DNA from: Paraspadella gotoi
Taxonomy: Eukaryota > Animalia > Chaetognatha
Assembly (NCBI GenBank): GCA_051294375.1
Contig: CM119268.1
Coordinates: forward strand, 21,968,010-22,032,009
Length of the DNA: 64,000 bases
Direction: 5' to 3'
The notes beneath the pieces are model-generated. The model ran no database searches, was not told the origin of the DNA, and was given only the letters and a program-made list of their open reading frames with translations. Within the stretch, counting starts at the first letter, position 1. Each line of letters opens with the position of its first letter. Both the position numbers and the translations under genes were made by a program. Shown piece by piece: positions 1 through 12,467 of the stretch.

Positions 1-670
1 TGTAATGACGTAAGTTTAATTAGCGGTAGCCGACCAAAATTAAATTTTAATGGGAACAGCAATAAACGAATCTATTATTAGTATTAGTTATTGTGTTAAA
101 ATATTTTTTTGAAAAAATGTTCCGAACTATGAGTAATTCGTTAATTAAAATTATTATATTGCTATATAATGTAAAAAAATTTTTTTGGATATTTTAAGTT
201 TTTTTAATTGATTCTGATAGAGCTCAAAAAGTTAAACGAAAAATATAATTACAACTTTTTAAGATTTTGATGTTTTATTACTAAAAATTAGCAAAAACTA
301 TTAAAATTGACATTTCCTATCTATAAATAAATATTAAAAAATTAATTACTAGTGCTTCTAGCCATTTTAGAAAATTTTGGTCCATTGAAAGCTTTCTCAG
401 AAATGTATGAAGTTTAATTTAGGAAGGATCCCAAATCTGACCCACCCCATTGACAAAGTTTGGCCCTAGTTTAATTCAATCCTTTGATGCAAATTTTTAT
501 TTCATTAAAGTTTTTGCTTGTCCTTTTGACGGCGAAGAGTTTTAAATGTTTTATATTTTTTCCCTTTTTTGAGGTGGGATATGTTAATAAGTTAGTTAAG
601 GAACTCAATATTACAATTATAATAATTTCTTTACATTAAAATTCACACGACTGTAAAACGCATCCCTCAG

Positions 671-3600
671 GTCTGCGGCAGCCAGAGTGCTCTTGCTGTA
701 CCCAGTTGCGTCGGACAGCGCGTCCACCCTATCCTACACGCAGAATGCAACTGCGTCGTGGGTTACACATGTTGTCGTCTCCAGTGTCCGGTCGACAACG
801 TCTCTTGCCAATCAGGTTCGTTTTTATCCACCAGTTCTTAAAAAGTTCACCATTCATTATGCCAAATACAAGAGCGCGTTAAAACTCACAATTAAATTCT
901 GAAAATATGAAAAATGGAACTATAAAGTGTTTTAAATTCCATTCTCTTTTCAATCATTTTTTGTCGCAAGAATGATAGTTTTTAATTGACATTTTTATCC
1001 AATTGCCTTGTTTAATTCCTGTAAAATCTTATACAAGTTTTCTTCCTTCTCTGACCTTCGAATCCTTGAAAACGAAAAAAAGGGGGAAAAAATTTCTCCA
1101 TCTCATTTGCATATTTCGTCTCCTTTTTTCTTCTCTACAAAAAAAGGGGCGGAATACGCGATGACCTCCGTGGACGATTGCAAGTGCGAGAAGAAGAGTT
1201 GCCGCGCATGCGCGAAACCCGCGATAGTCTGTCGGGAGGGTTGCGAGGTAGGTTCAGGGTGGCCAATTGGATGTACGATGGGTTTTCGGAATGATATCGA
1301 GGCTGCTCTGGTTTGTCGGTGGGCGCTTATTGGAGCATTAAGGATTCCCTTATTTAAGGCTTAAACTTAATCCCATAAGGTTGCTCGAACGGGTATCGAT
1401 CCAACAACGGGTTGTCCGACCAAGGAGTGCGTCCGCTCGTGCCCGCCTCCTCTCACTTCCTGCCCGACCTGTACCCGGCTCGAGTCCTTCGTCGATCCGC
1501 GCTTCTGCGGCTGCGTCGTCGGCCGATGCGCGCCGGTGACGTGTCCCGCGCCATCGTCGCCGCAGACGCCGCAGGACTGCGCAGTTGTCAAGACGATCAT
1601 CGATGAGTGCGGATGTCCTAAACAGGTTTACCGTTAACAGATTTAACCAATGAATTAACCATTAACCAATCAGAAATCAGAGTATCCAAGGGAATCAAAT
1701 CAGAATATAGATATGGAGGTCACCCAGAAGTAAGAGATTAAGTTTTGAAAAATGCTTTCGGTAACGATTTGGAGGACAGATGGTATTTTTTTTTTCGGGA
1801 ATGAAGTGTTTACGTATGATTTACATACGTATTATGTGTATACTGAATACTGTATAATCGTTAAGAAATGAGCAAGATGACCTCACAACAAGTTTTAAAT
1901 TTGTAAATGAGGTCATAAAAAAGTGCTAATTAAAAAATTGGTGGTAATGTCTAATGTCTTTTATCAATCAGGTCTATGATTCTGAAAACTATTGCGCGGC
2001 CGTCAATGCTCGGGTGGCAGCTATGAAATGCGAAGGAACCTGTTTGGAGAAAGTCTTGCGAAGGGGCGGCGGTAATTTGATTGATTGATTGCCGTAGATA
2101 AATTGCGTCTGTAAAGTCAAACAATATGGCGTTGTATTTTACTATTGTTATTAATAAACAACAAGTTGATCGATTCAAAAATCTCTCCAGATCCTTGCGG
2201 ATGTGATGCCGCCGACTGTTTACCCCTGAGGGACTCTTGCCTCGCGAGCCTCTCAGCTCAGAACTGCCCCGCCGGATCGGTGGCCACCCGAGGCACCACC
2301 CCTTGCGGACAACCGCGAGGGGTGTGCCTCAAATGTCCCGTCGTAGTGCAGACCAACGACACTTGCGATCCCATGTGTTTCAAAGTTGAAAAGACGGAGG
2401 CACGGTTCGGGAACGGGGATGAGATGAGAGAATGGAGCATGGGATTGAATAAATATGAGACATTGTTGATTGTTACTTCGATTATTTTTAATATCAAGTG
2501 AAAAAATTAAAAGTAATTACTATTGATATTTTCCCATCGCAACTCAGGACGCCAACGGCTGCCCTCTTCAAATTTGCGTCCTGCGCCAGTGTCCGGCGTC
2601 GCCAATGCCGGTCGAATCGTTGAAAATAATTACCGCTCATCCGTAAATCAATCAATCAATCAATCAATCAATTTCGCCGCTCAGGTTTGTCGATCCTGCG
2701 AAAAACCTAAAATGGCGGCCGATGACTGCGGCTGCGTCTCTTTCGTCTGCGAACCGATTCTCTCTTGCGTCGAATTCGGCGAAAAAACGAAGCCGTGTCC
2801 TCGAGGTGGCGTCGCTAGAACCCCGGATGTGTTGCAATGCGGATGTCAACCTTGGTGCCAGGGTAAGGGGGAAAAGAGGGTGGTGGAGGAAGGGGCAAAG
2901 TGCAAGGGGGGGAGTTGAAAGAACATTGCGCTTTTACTGAATTTTTTTTCAAAATATTGTAAAATAAATTTTAATTTATTATTCAAATTATTATTATTAA
3001 GTTTTCTTATTACGATTAAATCTTATATCTGTTATATATTTCATTATATTATATTTCAAAGACATTCAAACATCGAGACTGTGAATAATTCATTCAGAGC
3101 TACTGACAGTCGGACTCCAATCCAACGGCCTTTTCAGGCTGATCAAACAGCCTACAAACTGGTTGACTGCAAAAAGCTTATGCAGGTAAGCGCGGTTGGA
3201 ACATTTGCATTGAATTTGCGAAGTGGTCTTAGTTCCAATGCGTTTGCGTTTCTAGTCGTAAATAAAAAATTGTATCTACAATTAAAACACTTATGTTTAA
3301 ACGGTGAACGATTTCCTGTTCTTTTGTTTTTTATTTCCCCCGGAAAGAATAACCGGCGGAATTTTGGCGACATTTCGAAATATGGACGAATGGATGCCCG
3401 TGGGAAATACCTACTTTCAGATGGCGCTGCTCGATCCCACGCTTAACGGTAAATAAAGGAAGTCGGTCGGTCTATTCCATCCAGTGTCATGTTAAGAATC
3501 CTTTGTGGCAGCAAGACTTAAAGCTGCCTCACTGCTGTCCGTCCTCAGCCTCGTCTCAATGGCTGAGCAGGCTAAATCATCTCATTCCATCCGTGCGTCC

Positions 3601-4841
3601 CGGGTTCAATCCCTGGGTATCCCGGTTCTGGCTTAAATGTGACGGTGCCGGTATAAACATGCCAGTGACAGCAGGCGGTCACTGAGGGTCCACAGCCCTT
3701 ACGCCAGTTGGTGAGATCCTGCGCCCCGGGTATCACAGGCTATCCTCCCGTTGCCATAAGTGGTGAGCCCTACTCTCGAACACGCAACCGCTGCGCACCG
3801 TGCGCCCATGCTTACGTCGCTTAGGGTATGCATCTCACGCCTATGCCCTACTTCTCTGGTAACGCTCCAGACTCGCTCGCTCGCCGCTCGCTCTCACTAT
3901 GGCAATGAGATCAAAACCTTCTCTCAGACATCTCCTCAGGATTGATGCCCCTGTGGAGAAGTCTGGTGGGGGATCCTGTGGCAGCAAGACTTAAAGCTGC
4001 CTCCTGCTGTCCGTCCTCAGCCTCGTCTCAATGGCTGAGCAGGCTAAATCATCTCATTCCATCCGTGTGTCCGGGTTCAATCCCTGGGTATCCCGGTTCT
4101 GGCTTAAATGTGACGGTGCTGGTATAAACATGCCAGTGACAGGAGGCGGTCACTGAGGGTCCGCAGCCCCTACGCCAGTTGGTGAGATACCCGCGCCCCG
4201 GGTATCACAGGCTATCCTCCCGTTGCCATACCTTCTTCTTAAATAAGAAAAATAATAATTTGTCTGTTTTAGGTCCTTCTGTTTGGTTGAACATTCGCGG
4301 GGACGGAGTTACATTCAGGTACTCGGAGCTACGATAAAAAATGTTTAGTTTCGACGGAAGTACTACTCCCTAGGTTTCTAGGTAAAGCAATTCTCTCTCT
4401 CTCTCTTTCTAGATTATCAGATGGAACTAACGCGGCCCTGTTCTCCACTCAAAGAGGTGCTTCTCCTTGGGAACTTGACGAACCCGATGGATTCAACGCA
4501 AATTGGTAATTGCTGATTAAAAATATCATTTTAACATATTGTCTCTTGAGTTTTAAACATAAATTAGCATAAACTCGAGAGCAAAGCGATCGCGGGCTTT
4601 TTTTCTATGATAACCAGGTGCCCTGTCTTTCGTTATGATAACCAGGTGCCCTGTCTTTCGTTATGATACCCAGGTGCCCTGTTTTTCGTTATGATAACCA
4701 GGTGCCCTGTCTTTCGTTATGATAACCAGGTGCCCTGTCTTTCGTTATTCGCCGGCCACGCAACCGGCCAACTCATGGAGGGATGGCGAAAAAATGCTTC
4801 GGTGTCAAGCGCTCAACTGGTTTCTTTGTAGATTCATTTGA
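671..4841 (+). CDS. 3' part of a multi-exon gene: Cys-rich repeats followed by a C-terminal C-type lectin domain (5' end probably outside window)
   Basis: GC-rich exons at ~671-815, ~1147-1247, 1380-1625, 2191-2399, 2549-2611, 2685-2862 encode repeated D-x-C-G-C...C modules (VDDCKCEKKSC, IDECGCPK, DPCGCDAADC, DDCGCVSFVC). Exons ~3097-3185, ~3348-3448, 4273-4318, 4413-4506, 4730-4841 give C-type lectin motifs: GGILATFRNMDE, VWLNI, LSDGT, WELDEPDG, WCPV...WRD...C...WFLC, TGA at 4839-4841. Confidence 0.7.
3504..4230 (+). mobile_element. Complete non-autonomous miniature LTR retrotransposon (TRIM) with tRNA-like LTRs (Helenus-like)
   Basis: Near-identical direct repeats 3504-3758 and 3977-4230 (TGTGGCA...TGCCATA). 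4-bp TSD CCTT (3500-3503, 4231-4234). PBS-like TGGTGAGCCC at 3761. Purine-rich tract 3953-3973. A-box TGGCTGAGCAGG and B-box GGGTTCAATCCC within each LTR. Intronic. Confidence 0.85.
4606..4745 (+). repeat. 5 x 28-bp tandem repeat spanning a 3' splice site
   Basis: Unit TATGATAACCAGGTGCCCTGTCTTTCGT repeated five times. The last copy runs into the lectin terminal exon. Confidence 0.9.
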
Positions 4842-5354
4842 TAATTGACCAGTGACGCCAAGCACTAAACTGAGTCTTTAAATTTCAAATCGAATTTATT
4901 ATTAATTGGTACATAATACAAACTGTTATGATGTAGGACTTAATTAAATCGCGCACAAAAACTTTTTACAAAACAATGAAAGCGTTTATACATAAATTAT
5001 CACAGGCAACAATTTTTCAACAAAAAAAAAATTTGAACGTCGATTTTCTATTAGATTTTTTGGTCAAGTGTTTTAGTTAAAAAGGAAATTAGTTTAGATT
5101 GAGTGAGATCAGTCAGTTGGAGGGAGAAAGGGAAGCCATTTTTGATGGACTTTTTTTATCTCGCCGGATTGGGCCTTGGCCTGGCTTGAGCGAGTTTTTT
5201 TTAGTAGTGTTTAGCCCCCTCAATTTTCCGAAAGTGCCCCATTTGTATTTTAACCCTTAACCCGAATCCCTAACCTTATTTTTAAACCTTTAAAAATACA
5301 TTAATTCTGAGTTTAAGCTGAAATGGTCCGGTTTTAGAAAATATAGCCAAATCC

Positions 5355-8300
5355 TTATTGGCCTTGATAGCTCAGAGTTGAGGACTCTTTAATTTCTTCC
5401 TCGTTTTCCAAATGATTTTGAGAAGAGGCGATCGTTCTTTTCTTTTTCTTTTTCTTCTTTCTTTTCTTCGCCGCTGATCCAATGTTAATCGATTCTCCCA
5501 ATGATTGAGAGGAAAAGTCCGGAAGCCTCGATAAAGCAAATATTGTCTCAGTCGTTGTCATCGTTGACGTCGACATCGACGAACCGTCCGCTCGTCGCTC
5601 AGTCTTAAAACTCAGAGGATCTAAGATCAACTGCGGGGAGATTATTTCATTTCGGTTGGAGAGAGAAGGTGGCGTCGGAGCGGAGTGATCGTGTGATCGA
5701 ACGAAACCGTCGTGAATGTGAGGGGTCGATGGAGTGAGTGACGATCGAGTGTGATTTTGGAAAGGGTTCGAAGGGATCGGCGTCTGTAGATCGACTTCGA
5801 GGGCAAACCGTCGTTTCACCGTTTCGTCCTTCAAGTCTCCGTTCTTGACTAAACCATAAAGCCGACCGTCCGATTCAGTGGCGCCGACGTCAGGCGCTGC
5901 AACAGGCGCCGCCGACGCGCCGACGCGGTTGTGCGAATCGCCGGGCGTCGAATTCCGGTTTTTGGCGTAGACCAAGGCGACGATGCCGAGGACGACGCTG
6001 AGAACGACGGTGGCGTAGGTCAAATGTTTTTCCCAGACTTGACATGGGCGTGGGGACGTTGAAGCGACAAAGAGGCGATTTTCGTTATGGTCTGGAAAAG
6101 GAGGCGAGGAATGAAACCTTTAAATATATTTTTAATAACTTAGATACATGTGCGTGTTTCTTCTCTGAAAATAAAACAAACTAGTTGTCTTATTAATTCT
6201 GACTTAATCCTTTAAACATTTTCTGTTCATGGTTGACTACATTGTTGATCGTTTACTCACTGAGGATTTGGGTATTATCGCCGTCTCTAATGTGGACGAC
6301 CACCGCGGATAATTCTTCGGTCTCCAACGCCGCGGACTGGAAGGGGGCGTCGCGTCTTCGCCGAGTGCTGGACGCCGGGCACGACTGGAATAAAGAAATG
6401 AATTAGAAAATGATTAGTATAGGATTATATTGGAAATTTATAGAATATCAATGGATTAAATGGCATTTGATTCACGTTTGAAAATTACATGTAAAGCGAC
6501 GGAAAAATAATATAATGTCAAAAAAGTCATGTCGACAACCGGGCTCGAACCTCAAAAACTTCCGGTCACGCCATCGCACTGATTCCCACTGAACCGCGAC
6601 GTTGCGCGGCGGGAAAGTTGAGACCGAGTTAGCGATTTCGGTCAAACGTCGATTGACTCGCGTGTCGAGTTTAACGAGGTGTTGAGTACACGGAACGATC
6701 ATCATTATGGGAGGTAAAGGGTAAACAAATGCAGAGATAGAAACGGAAAATAAAGACAAGAAAGGATAGAAACTTTTAGACGGACGCGCCCCAATGACCA
6801 TGAATACTGAATAATAATAAAAAAAACTAAGTGAGAGAGAGAAGAAACAACAAACAAGAGTAAGTAAGAGGAAAGGGTCACTGGCCTGAAAACAGAGACG
6901 GAAGAAAAAATGGGCGTCAGTTGGAAATGACGTTACAACCACCTGGGTGACGGATGGTTGAAACTCGTAAGAATGTTGAGCGTTGACTGTGGACGCGAGA
7001 TGAGAAATTGAAAGCGAGACTGAAAAATTGATAAAAGATTCTTGCCCACCAAATAAAATGTAGTACACTAGTTTCAAAGAAAGATGTGATCTTATAAAAA
7101 ATAAGATGAACTAAAAGACAGAACGTTTACAAGTAAACGTAATAGTCAATAGAATGGAATCGAATGATCGATTAGAAAAACGTTCTGAGAAAAACGAAGT
7201 TGAGACGAAGGTCGAAGTAACTAGAAATTCGAGGCTCTGCTCGCGCGTCAGAGAGAAATGATTGATGCTCCTTAGGGAAACGGGGGGGAAAAAAGAGTTG
7301 AAGGAAAAACTGGCGACATCAGTTCGCTCAAGAAACGGTCGCTATATTTAATTAAAAGGAAGCATTTGTATCTCGTCTGGAATCTCGGTTACTGACATCT
7401 CTCGTTGAAGACATTAATTAGTATCATAAATTCAGAAAATTGTTTGCGACATCAGTTTGTTCAAGTAACTATCGCCACTTTTAAACGAGAGAATGTCCTT
7501 TTGTTTTCACGGAAACTCTCGTCTGGGATTTTGGCTACTAAGATCTCCCTTGAAGACATTGATTCAAAATGATTCTCATTAACAAATCTAAAAATATGTT
7601 GACAAAATTGTTGACATCAGTTCGTTTAATCAAACTAAATAATGTTCTTTTGTTTTCATGGAAACACTTGTCTCTTTTCTGAGATCTCTGCCATCTCACG
7701 TTAAAGAAATGGACGAATTTAGTATCAATATTCATTTGATACAAAATTGTTTTCTTGGAACAAAATTGACTCACGTGTTCGCATCTCGAATCGTCGTCTC
7801 CGAAGCAGAAAAAGAGCGAACATTTGAACCAAACTTCTTCCACTGCGGGAAACTTGAAGATCTTAAAAAAGTCGGAGAGCGCCGTCGTCGCCGTGGCGTT
7901 CATTCCGTAAAAGGGCGCCGCGACCCCGGGTTCGGCGCGCGCCGCTCGGAAGGGATCGTAGTAGGAAGGGGGATCGTTGCACCTGATGGAATGGAAAAAA
8001 CAAATTGATGGCGATTGATTGATAACGAAAGATTACATGTGTCGTGGGATCAGGTGGAAGTAGAGAATTTAATTATGTAACGAGGAATGAGAAGACGGAA
8101 CTCTCGTCGTAAAGTTGATAAACGATTGTTGATTTGTTGTTGATTGATTTTATTCAATCGATTTCGCTGAAAGTTATGAGATCCAATTGCAAATGAAAAT
8201 CGGAGCCATGCACGGCCACTTCGGAATCGAAGCTGTAGTCGGGCATTGCCTAGGTTCACCCCGCCAAGAATCATGACACTTTCAGTTGTGACCCGGTGGC

Positions 8301-10416
8301 TCATTGAGTAAAGCCATCAGCTCATGACCTCTAGGTACCGGGTTCAATCCCAACCCGCTACCTACACTGCGGGAAGCGTGAGGACGGCCGTAAGCCGCCT
8401 TGGGGGCATGGCAAACCCTCAAGCCTGGTTCCAAGCCCATGGACCCGTTCCATGGCTGCTAGAGGGGGTTATAAAAGTTACGGACAGTCATCTTCAGCCC
8501 ACGTAGCGCCTTATCCACAAAGCAGAGGTTAGGTTCGTAGGAATCTACTCTGTTGAGTTTTGGGCGAGCAAATTCTGAGAAAGTTATAAACCATCTTCCT
8601 CCTCTCCGGATCAGGACATCGAATTCTTTTGCGAAGCCCTGAATAAGACTCTTCGGTGGGCGAACAGATGATCCCACTTAGAATTGTGGGCAGCATTGAA
8701 CCATCTGGCGGAGGTCATCGTGGAGAACTTCCAAGATGGCCTCTACGAGGAAGATTCCTGTCAATGACAATACGCCCTCCGTCTCTCCCCCCGGCACTCT
8801 TCACTCCCTCGCGGATGATCGCCGATCCCTTCACCCGGTGTCGGTCCCAAAAGCCAAGAACAAACCCAAAACGTCCAAGCTGTGGGAGTGAGGCGCCTGT
8901 GCTGCTCATTTCTTTGAATGATCGTCAGAAGAATGCACTCAATCATCGCTTAAAAACTGTTTAAAGACTAATAAATCATCGCCGGTTCTTTTAAAGATTT
9001 TTTAGAAGCATAATAATTTATAGATCAAATTATTTATTCTATTTTTTTCCGGGTGTATATATTTTATCAATACTAAATTCATATCGACCCAACTCACCCA
9101 TTTTGGATGAGAACGACGACGTATTTGTAATCCCCGGCGCCCTCTGGATTTCCGTCGTAGGCGCCGCACGTCGCGACGCCGATTCCGCGGAATCCGGCGT
9201 CGACGGCAACGGTGGTGGCGTTGACGAAGATTCGAACGAGATCCCCCACTTTCGCCGTCGTCACCTTTAGTTAATAGAGAGGCGTTGGGTAATTAAAATA
9301 GCTAATTAAATTAAGATGATCTGTCTGTTAGACAAGGAGTAAATAGGCTGATCTGTATATTTTTCTTGGTCCATCTCAATGGCCGAGTGGGCTATTTTAA
9401 CTTGTCTTATGTTTATGGTTCTGGCTGAAATGTAACGAGGCCGGTTTAAACATGCCAGTGAGAGTCTCTACGCCCCAAGTGTTACAGTTAATACTCGTCA
9501 TTGTCATAACGTGGTCATTGACTTGAATGGCGAATGATGTTTGAGGCTGAGAAAGCTCATTCTTATGACGGCAGTTATTTTGTGTTTTCGTCAACATTTT
9601 TTTTTATTTCGCGAATAATTAAAAAAGTCTTGACAGTGTTCTCTTCAATACTACTTGGGTTCAGCCACTCAGTGTTGACCATTGTAAATGAATAAACCGC
9701 TCAGAGCTGAATCAGAATTTTACTGCAGTATAAAAGAAGATAGACCGACGCGGGTCTATTACCCCCTCCTTCTCTTTCACCTCCTCCTCATCCTCCTCCC
9801 AGGGATTCGGGGCCACGTTCAAGAGGTTCAGTTCACCTTTTCCCACTAGTTTCTCCCATTTTTTTTACTCTCATGATTTCGTCGCCGTATAGATTTTCCT
9901 GACGTCAATATATTATTTTCCCGCATTCTCGTGAGTGGCGCCTAATGTGGGGCTCGAACCCACGACCCCAGGATTAAGAGTATGAATGAATGAATGAATG
10001 AGTAGATTTAACAAGGAACCGAGTTAATCACCTCTTTGTTGGCTTCATCGACGATGGCAATTGTCGCGTAGGATCCTTGGAGCGATTGCTGTACGTCTGC
10101 TTTGTGAGCTTCGTTGGTGACAATTGGAGAAGAGAATATAGGCTCAGTGAAAGATTTTAACAACTTCATTATAATTTTTTTACAAAAGATTTTATACACA
10201 AGATATTTAAAATAATTTGCGTTAACAGATGGGTTTACATCTGCTCTGAAATGCTTGCGTTTTTTAAACTTTTTTCCTTTCATGACAATAGGTTTTATAA
10301 GAGTTATAAGAGTATTTTTAAAACTTACTATAAATGCTAGTGGTTTGGTTGCGACCCCGCGGGAAGGAATTTAGTAGTATGAATGTCAAAATCCAAAATT
10401 GTCTAATGGTCTTCAT
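5355..10416 (-). CDS. Single-pass membrane protein with a ZP-C subdomain and apparently no ZP-N
   Basis: Phase-consistent exons: 10416-10329 (signal peptide MKTIRQFWILTFILLNS), a putative micro-exon 10240-10227, 10142-10032, 9264-9098 (KVGDLVRIFVN...C...VLIQNG), 7982-7775 (C...FKIFKFP..VWFKCSLFFC...C), 6384-6261 (SCP..RRRR furin site plus hydrophobic patch), 6091-5355 (TM TYATVVLSVVLGIVALVYA plus tail). Confidence 0.75.
6520..6602 (-). repeat. tRNA-derived SINE-like head
   Basis: Minus strand GTCGCGGTTCAGTGGG...GGTTCGAGCCCGG followed by a T-run. A/B-box-like, but no full cloverleaf. Confidence 0.4.
8234..8519 (+). mobile_element. Solo LTR with tRNA-Met-like Pol III head (second family)
   Basis: TG...CA ends, 4-bp TSD AAGC on both sides, TGGCTCATTGAG / AGCTCATGA / GGGTTCAATCCC. 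Related partial copies at 16259-16390 and ~25133-25360. Confidence 0.8.
9368..9486 (+). mobile_element. Deleted/diverged copy of the tRNA-like LTR family
   Basis: TCTCAATGGCCGAGTGG...GGTTCTGGCTGAAATGT...AAACATGCCAGTG matches the 3504-3758 LTR. Confidence 0.55.
9936..9981 (-). pseudogene. 3' half of tRNA-Lys(CTT) with genomically encoded CCA
   Basis: Minus strand ACTCTTAATCCTGGGGTCGTGGGTTCGAGCCCCACATTAGGCGCCA closely matches eukaryotic tRNA-Lys(CTT) from the anticodon loop to the 3' end plus CCA. The 5' half is absent. Confidence 0.8.
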
Positions 10417-10942
10417 TCTTGACCGATCGAAGGAAAAGTTTATCATTTCAACTACGTCATCTGAAAATTTTGATGCATTTATGTGTATATTGTAAATTCG
10501 AATTAAAGACACTTTCGATTTAGTGATATTCATTATTATGTTTATTGTCTATATATTATCTAGTAGTAGGAGTATCGATCGTTTTTTTAAATTTTTTTAA
10601 AGCAATGTGAAAGCGAAATCTAAAATGCTTTGATGGGCAAAAATCATAAATCATTAACGTAAAAGATTATGAGACTTTTTCATTTTGTTTTGTCAATCAC
10701 GAATGGAGTTTTCCCCCTCAGCTAAACGACGCAAGAAAGTACATCCGCTTTGCGGTTTGTTTTAACGTTTTTGATTTGATTTTGTTTTCTTTGTTTTTCA
10801 GTTTTTTTCGTTAGATTTTCTTAGCTTTTTTTTCCAAGTTTATTCCTTTCTTCGAGTTTCCAAGCAGGAATTTCTTTTCGCCTTCAAATCGCGTGATGAA
10901 ACCGAAAGAAGAAAAGTAAAGATTCTCTTTCCTTCCACGAAG

Positions 10943-11001
<59 letters not shown>

Positions 11002-11204
11002 CTCTCTCTTTTCTCTCTCTCTCTCTCTCTCTCATTCACAAAGAACTTTCCATTTCAATACATCACCGAAACCCGACGAGCTAAATGTGTATATTTAATA
11101 TAAATAATAAATTATTTCTGCCTTTTAAAAGTACAAAATTTATTTCAGATTTGTCGTCGTTGTCCTCGTCGTCGCTCTAACGTAAGCAATGATTGGCAGT
11201 TGTC

Positions 11205-11277
<73 letters not shown>

Positions 11278-12467
11278 CGGTTCTCCTCAATCTTCTCCGA
11301 AGATGAGGCAAAAAAAAGGTAAGGGCGTCCCCGCCTATTTTCTTGTGCTTACCTCTCGTTACTTGGCGACCGGGTAAGGAGGAGGAGGAAGAGGAACGAT
11401 GAGGTTCGAAAGAAGATGAAATACGAAGAATCGGGAAACGAAAAAAGAAAGAAAAAAATGGGAGAAACCGCGGTTTAGTAAAGAAAATGGAAAGAGGGGA
11501 AAGAGGTCTGGAGGGAGAGGGGAAGAAAGAAGATATAAAAGAGAAACAATTGAAAGAATTAAAAAAGGGAAATGTTATATAACCAATATAATATATTGGT
11601 CCAATATATTTTACAGCATACTATATAGTATAAATAATAACTATAAGATTAAACCTCATGTACTTTTGCATCGTAAACTAAAAGTAAAATAATGGGAAGA
11701 AGCGATAAATTTATGTTCATAGTTTTGATTAGAGACTATGTTACGGTTCTGGAGACGAAGAGAGGCGATTGACAGGGAAGATAGATACAGAAGCTTTTCA
11801 TCTCTCCGCATGCTCGGTAAAAACCTTTAAAGGACACGCGACTTATCGTTGTAATTATGCGCCTAAAATACGGCTTGCCCTGTTGCCCAGGGTTATGAGG
11901 TCGATGGCTATGGGGCCAAAGGCTGAGAAGACTACGGCATAAGACAATGCAGACACGGTTTTAGGAGAGGAACCGGGCCCGTTAAAAAATAATGAGAAAA
12001 TTCGCTTTGAAGGAAGACGAAGTTATTAGTATTGGTAAACATTTACGACTTAATATTCGCGGGTTACGTTAAATTCAACTGACAAGACCTGACTTGATTT
12101 TATGAATCCGAAGAACAAATGAATATCATTGATAATAAAAGGGTTTGGATGTAAAGATTAAAGTGTAATAAGCTTAGAGAAAGCTCATGATTTCAACTTC
12201 TTTATTGAATCCTCCACTGAAGGTTGGCAAAAAAAAAATTGATCGTTTGGCCTTTGGCAATGTTTGTTCATTTAATCATTATTTAAATGCATCAATCAAT
12301 TTCCGTTAGTCGTTTGTTACGATTCCCAAAAAAAAGAGCTTTGAAACAAAAACCGGGTGAGTTGATCATGTCATTTGTTACTTCCTAATTTTTGTTTGCA
12401 AATTACTTCACAAAAAAATTTAGATTCGTTATTATTTAAGCTATAGTTAGTTAATTATTAGTAATTA

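Noticed and set aside
3504-4230. Retrozyme (hammerhead inside the LTRs)
   Set aside because: CTGAGGA occurs on the minus strand, but no stem II followed by GAAA was found.
4606-4745. CRISPR-like 28-bp repeats
   Set aside because: No spacers; simple tandem duplication.
6472-7077. 201-aa minus-strand ORF
   Set aside because: Intronic, overlaps a SINE-like head, and has no recognisable motif.
8285-8360. Functional tRNA-Met gene
   Set aside because: Acceptor and anticodon stems do not pair properly, and it lies inside a TSD-flanked LTR.
8520-8960. GC-richer intronic stretch as a retroelement coding remnant
   Set aside because: No RT, gag or integrase motif recognisable in any listed frame.
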